Shown here: one piece after another, positions 60,686 to 64,000 of the stretch
Position numbering within the stretch: position 1 is the stretch's first letter
Layout: each line of letters begins with the position of its first letter
NCBI GenBank assembly: GCA_965197475.1
Contig: CBDANF010000003.1
Span: forward strand, 992,001 to 1,056,000
Length of the DNA stretch: 64,000 nt
Direction of reading: 5' to 3'
Source: Candidatus Poribacteria bacterium
GTDB taxonomy: Bacteria; Poribacteria; WGA-4E; WGA-3G
Notes under the pieces: generated by a model
What the model was told of the DNA's origin: nothing
Databases searched by the model: none
The model's input: only the letters and a program-made list of their open reading frames with translations
Position numbers and translations under genes: made by a program

Positions 60686-63397
60686 TTATAGAGGTTCTAA
60701 TCGGACTGGACAGACTTTCAACTCGGCTGTATGAGTGATAGGATCGTATCCTGAGCCGGTTAAAAGATTAACAGGGACATCGGCGAAACTGAAACTGGCG
60801 AAAACGGTACCACGCGGTGAGCGATTTGTTGCCTTGACTTTAATATTGATACTCCCCCGTGCACTGCTCATTTTACACCATTCACCATCTGCCAATTGCC
60901 ATTTTTCAAGGTCAGTAGGGTTCACTTCAAGAGATTCTTCTGGCAACAGATAATCAATTCCTTGTGCCCTGCCTGTCTGTGTGCGGGTATGATAGGATTG
61001 CAAGCGTCTTCCAGTCGTTAGCCACACAGGGAAATCATCGCTAATTGTCTCTGCGGGGTCTCGGTAATGAACGTTAGAAAATATACCTTTTCCGTTGACG
61101 AACGTTTCTTCGTGTAAACGAGGAGTGCCGGGGTGTTCTTTGTATGGAACAGGCCACTGGTTGTTTAATATGTCCGTGGTACCTTTCTCAATGCGTTCCC
61201 AATCCAACCCTGCATAAATTGGCGAAAGCCGACAGAGTTCATTGAAAATCGGTTTTGGCGCGTCAAATTCAAAACCTTTGAACCCGAGTCGCTTTGCGAT
61301 TTGGCAGATGATCCACCAATCAGGTTTTGCCTCACCTATAGGTGGAACTGCAGCGCGCATCCGTTGGACACGGCGTTCTGTATTTGTGCAGACCCCATCA
61401 GTTTCGCCCCATGCTGTTGCTGGCAGCACAACATCGGCAAGTGCTGCGGTTTCGGTCAAGAAAATGTCAATAACAACGAGATGATCCAAGGAACGGAGTG
61501 CATGCTCACAATGTTCACGGTCAGGGTCAGATAGCAGTGTGTTTTCGCCATCAATAAGCATTGCATGAATGCTATCACCGCAGAGTTCCAAAGCAGTGAC
61601 CTTTGTGATACCTTTTTCAAGGTCAATTTCCCTACCGTACTCGGCTCGGAATTTTGCTTGATTTTCAGGCTCAGTAACAGATTGGAAACCGGGATAATTG
61701 TTTGGTAAAGCACCACTATCCCCTGCGCCTTGGATGTTGTTTTGTCCGCGCATCGGATTGATCCCTGTCCCCTCGCGTCCGATATTCCCTGTCATCAGCA
61801 CAAGGTTGCACAGACTCTGGACATTCTCAACGCCGCAGATATGTTCCGTGATACCCAACGTGTAGTAGATAGCACCTTTTTTGGCAGTGCCATACCACAT
61901 CGCTGCAGTTTCAATATCTTTCGCTGGCACACCTGTAATTGTTTCTGCCCATTCCGGTGTCCATTGACTGATATGTTCAAAGAATTCATCAAACCCTATT
62001 GTTCGGTTTTTGATGAATTCGTCATTTATTAAGCCTTCGCGAGCGATGACGTGTGCCATTCCGAGTAACAGTGCAGTATCTGACCCGACACGTAACGGCA
62101 GATATAGATGCGATATATCTGCTAATCCGATGCGCCTCGGATCGGCAACAATAAGTTTTGCACCGCGTGCAATTGCTTTCTTTAATCCTGTGGCTGCAAC
62201 GGGATGGCATTCTGTCATATTTGTGCCGATGCAGAAAATTATATCCGGTTTCTGCATATCAACAAGCGGGTTAGACATCGCACCACGTCCGATTGTCGCT
62301 GCCAGACCGGCAACGGTCGGCGCGTGTCAGGCACGGCTACAATTATCGATATAGTTAGTGCCGAACCCTACGCGGATAAACTTCTGCATGAGATACGCAG
62401 CTTCACTCGGTGCGCGCCCAGAGGCGATTCCGTAGATGCTATACCTGCCGTGTTCGGCATAGACCTTCCTGAAACCCTCAGCAGCTTTATCAAGCGCATC
62501 TTCCCATGTGGCTTCGTGGAGTTCTCCATCTTCGCCGCGTACAAGCGGTGTTTTCAATCGATCAGGGTGTTGTACGAAATCGTAAGCGAACTGCCCTTTC
62601 ACGCAGAGTGCACCTTGATTGGCGGGTCCGTCCATTGCGGGATGGATGCCGACAATCTTTTCGTCTTTCGTTAGTATATCAACGGAGCAACCGACTCCAC
62701 AATAAGGACAGATGGTGCGTGTTTTATCAAGCGGGGCATCGGCTACCTCATCAACAGCGCGGAGAGCCTTTTTGTCGGCGAGTGCACCTGTAGGACAAGT
62801 TTGAATACACTGTCCACAGAAAGTACAGGCAGAGTCTTTGAGAAGACCATCAAATTCTGTAGTAATTTGTGTCCGAAAACCACGGTTCATCACATTGATG
62901 GCATGGTCACCTTCTTGTTCAGCACAGACACGTACGCATCGATAGCAGGAGATACAGAGATCGTAATCTCTGAGAATAAAAGGATTATCATCGGCTTTGC
63001 TCAAGCCGGATTTTGCCCCTGTTATACTTGTGTTTTTGATTTCGTACTTGTCACGAAGATTTGCGAGTTCACCTGAAGCGTAACCTCGTAGCGGGTGGAC
63101 ATCTACCTCACGATTCTCACTAATAACCATCTCAAGTAGCGTCTTCCGGTACGCTTCTATTGTATCGGTTGCAGTACGGACAACCATGCCAGATGCAGCT
63201 TTTGTTGTACACGATGCCACCGGATTTCGCGCACCTTCTAATTCAACGATGCACAGACAGCATCCGCCAAACGGTTCCAGTCGTGGGTCGTAACAGAGCG
63301 TCGGAATGTCTTTTTGATGTTGTTGTGCCACTTCAAGCACAGTTTCACCTTCGGTAAAAGAGACTTCAACGCCATCAATTTGCATTTTATCTGACAT
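60686..63397 (-). CDS. fdhF: Selenocysteine-containing formate dehydrogenase alpha subunit (2Fe-2S/4Fe-4S N-terminus, molybdopterin domain), 903 aa
   Basis: ORFs 62327-63397 and 60686-62278 are in one frame, joined by TGA in NCSRA-U-HAPTVAGL; CPYCGVGC; RGQNNIQGAGD. Confidence 0.9.
62298..62329 (-). promoter_or_regulatory. UGA Sec codon and bacterial SECIS hairpin
   Basis: TGA-N12-GTTGCC-GGTCT-GGCAGC, similar to the E. coli fdhF SECIS. Confidence 0.85.
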
Positions 63398-63453
63398 AAT
63401 CCCTACTCCACCTTACCAAAGAATACAAATTTTATAGTTCAACACAACTGGAA

Positions 63454-64000
63454 TTATTCTTCTTCTTCAGTAAAATCAATTTGCGGGACTTCAAACTCAC
63501 CTGATAGGATTTTGGCTTTTACTTCTTCAACGGCATCAAGCACTTCTTGCGGTATCTTATCTTTCAAGTTAGGGTTGTAATTGAATGTGATTGCCTGGTC
63601 CGTTAACATATTAAAGGTGTAAATCTGTGGATCAAACTTTCCATCCGGTTTAAACTTAGCATCCTTAACTATTTTAGCAACCTTAACAAAAGCTTTTGGC
63701 GTAATTATAGCATTGGCAAGCACTGTTTCAGGGGAAATATCACTCTTGTCCCGATTGACACCAAATGTGTATACAGTTTTCCCTTCTTTTTGAGCAATTT
63801 CTGCAGCATGAAAAGCACCAAGTCCTGATGCATCAGCATTCGGGAAAAGAAAGTCTACACCTTCATTAATTAGTGCAAGTGACAGTTCTTTTCCTTTAAC
63901 ACTATCCTCCCAGCTCCCCACATATACCTTGCGGACATCTATTTCAGGATTAACACTTTTTGCCCCAGCTTCAAAAGCGATAAAAGTGCTTTTGACAGAC
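63454..64000 (-). CDS. BMP-family ABC transporter substrate-binding protein (5'-truncated)
   Basis: YVGSWED..KGKE..LALI..GVD...NADASGLG, FGVNRD. Confidence 0.8.
   Translation of the reverse strand, partial: SVKSTFIAFEAGAKSVNPEIDVRKVYVGSWEDSVKGKELSLALINEGVDFLFPNADASGLGAFHAAEIAQKEGKTVYTFGVNRDKSDISPETVLANAIITPKAFVKVAKIVKDAKFKPDGKFDPQIYTFNMLTDQAITFNYNPNLKDKIPQEVLDAVEEVKAKILSGEFEVPQIDFTEEEE

Noticed and set aside
60686-63397. Split or pseudogenised formate dehydrogenase
   Set aside because: The stop is a UGA at the catalytic Cys/Sec position followed by a SECIS hairpin.

Overview
64-kb bacterial chromosomal window, probably Candidatus Poribacteria or a relative (inferred from the secreted WD40+dockerin genes, giant TPR protein, Big-domain lipoprotein and GTAG-type REPs). 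Most of it is housekeeping: rplU-rpmA, guaA, dprA, livGF-lgt, proA, tyrS, aroF-leuA, pepA, an ECF sigma/anti-sigma pair and a selenocysteine formate dehydrogenase that the ORF track splits at an in-frame UGA. Four parts stand out. (1) 1-8.2 kb: a metzincin protease-dockerin gene followed by three tandem 2.36-kb units encoding secreted 14-blade WD40-dockerin proteins, with a near-constant first propeller and a blade-shuffled variable second propeller. (2) 27.4-35.1 kb: a BREX-related/restriction-like island (HEPN-DUF499 ATPase, Rpn nuclease with an internal antitoxin start, DUF1156 methyltransferase, GIY-YIG nuclease) lacking the usual SNF2 helicase. (3) 37.5-50 kb: an iron-uptake regulon with four copies of a Fur-like palindrome. 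(4) 54.6-54.9 kb: an unannotated 49-aa leader peptide attenuator rich in Phe/Trp/Tyr and Leu codons, upstream of aroF-leuA. No tRNA, rRNA or CRISPR array was recognised. All family calls come from reading motifs by eye; no database searches were run.
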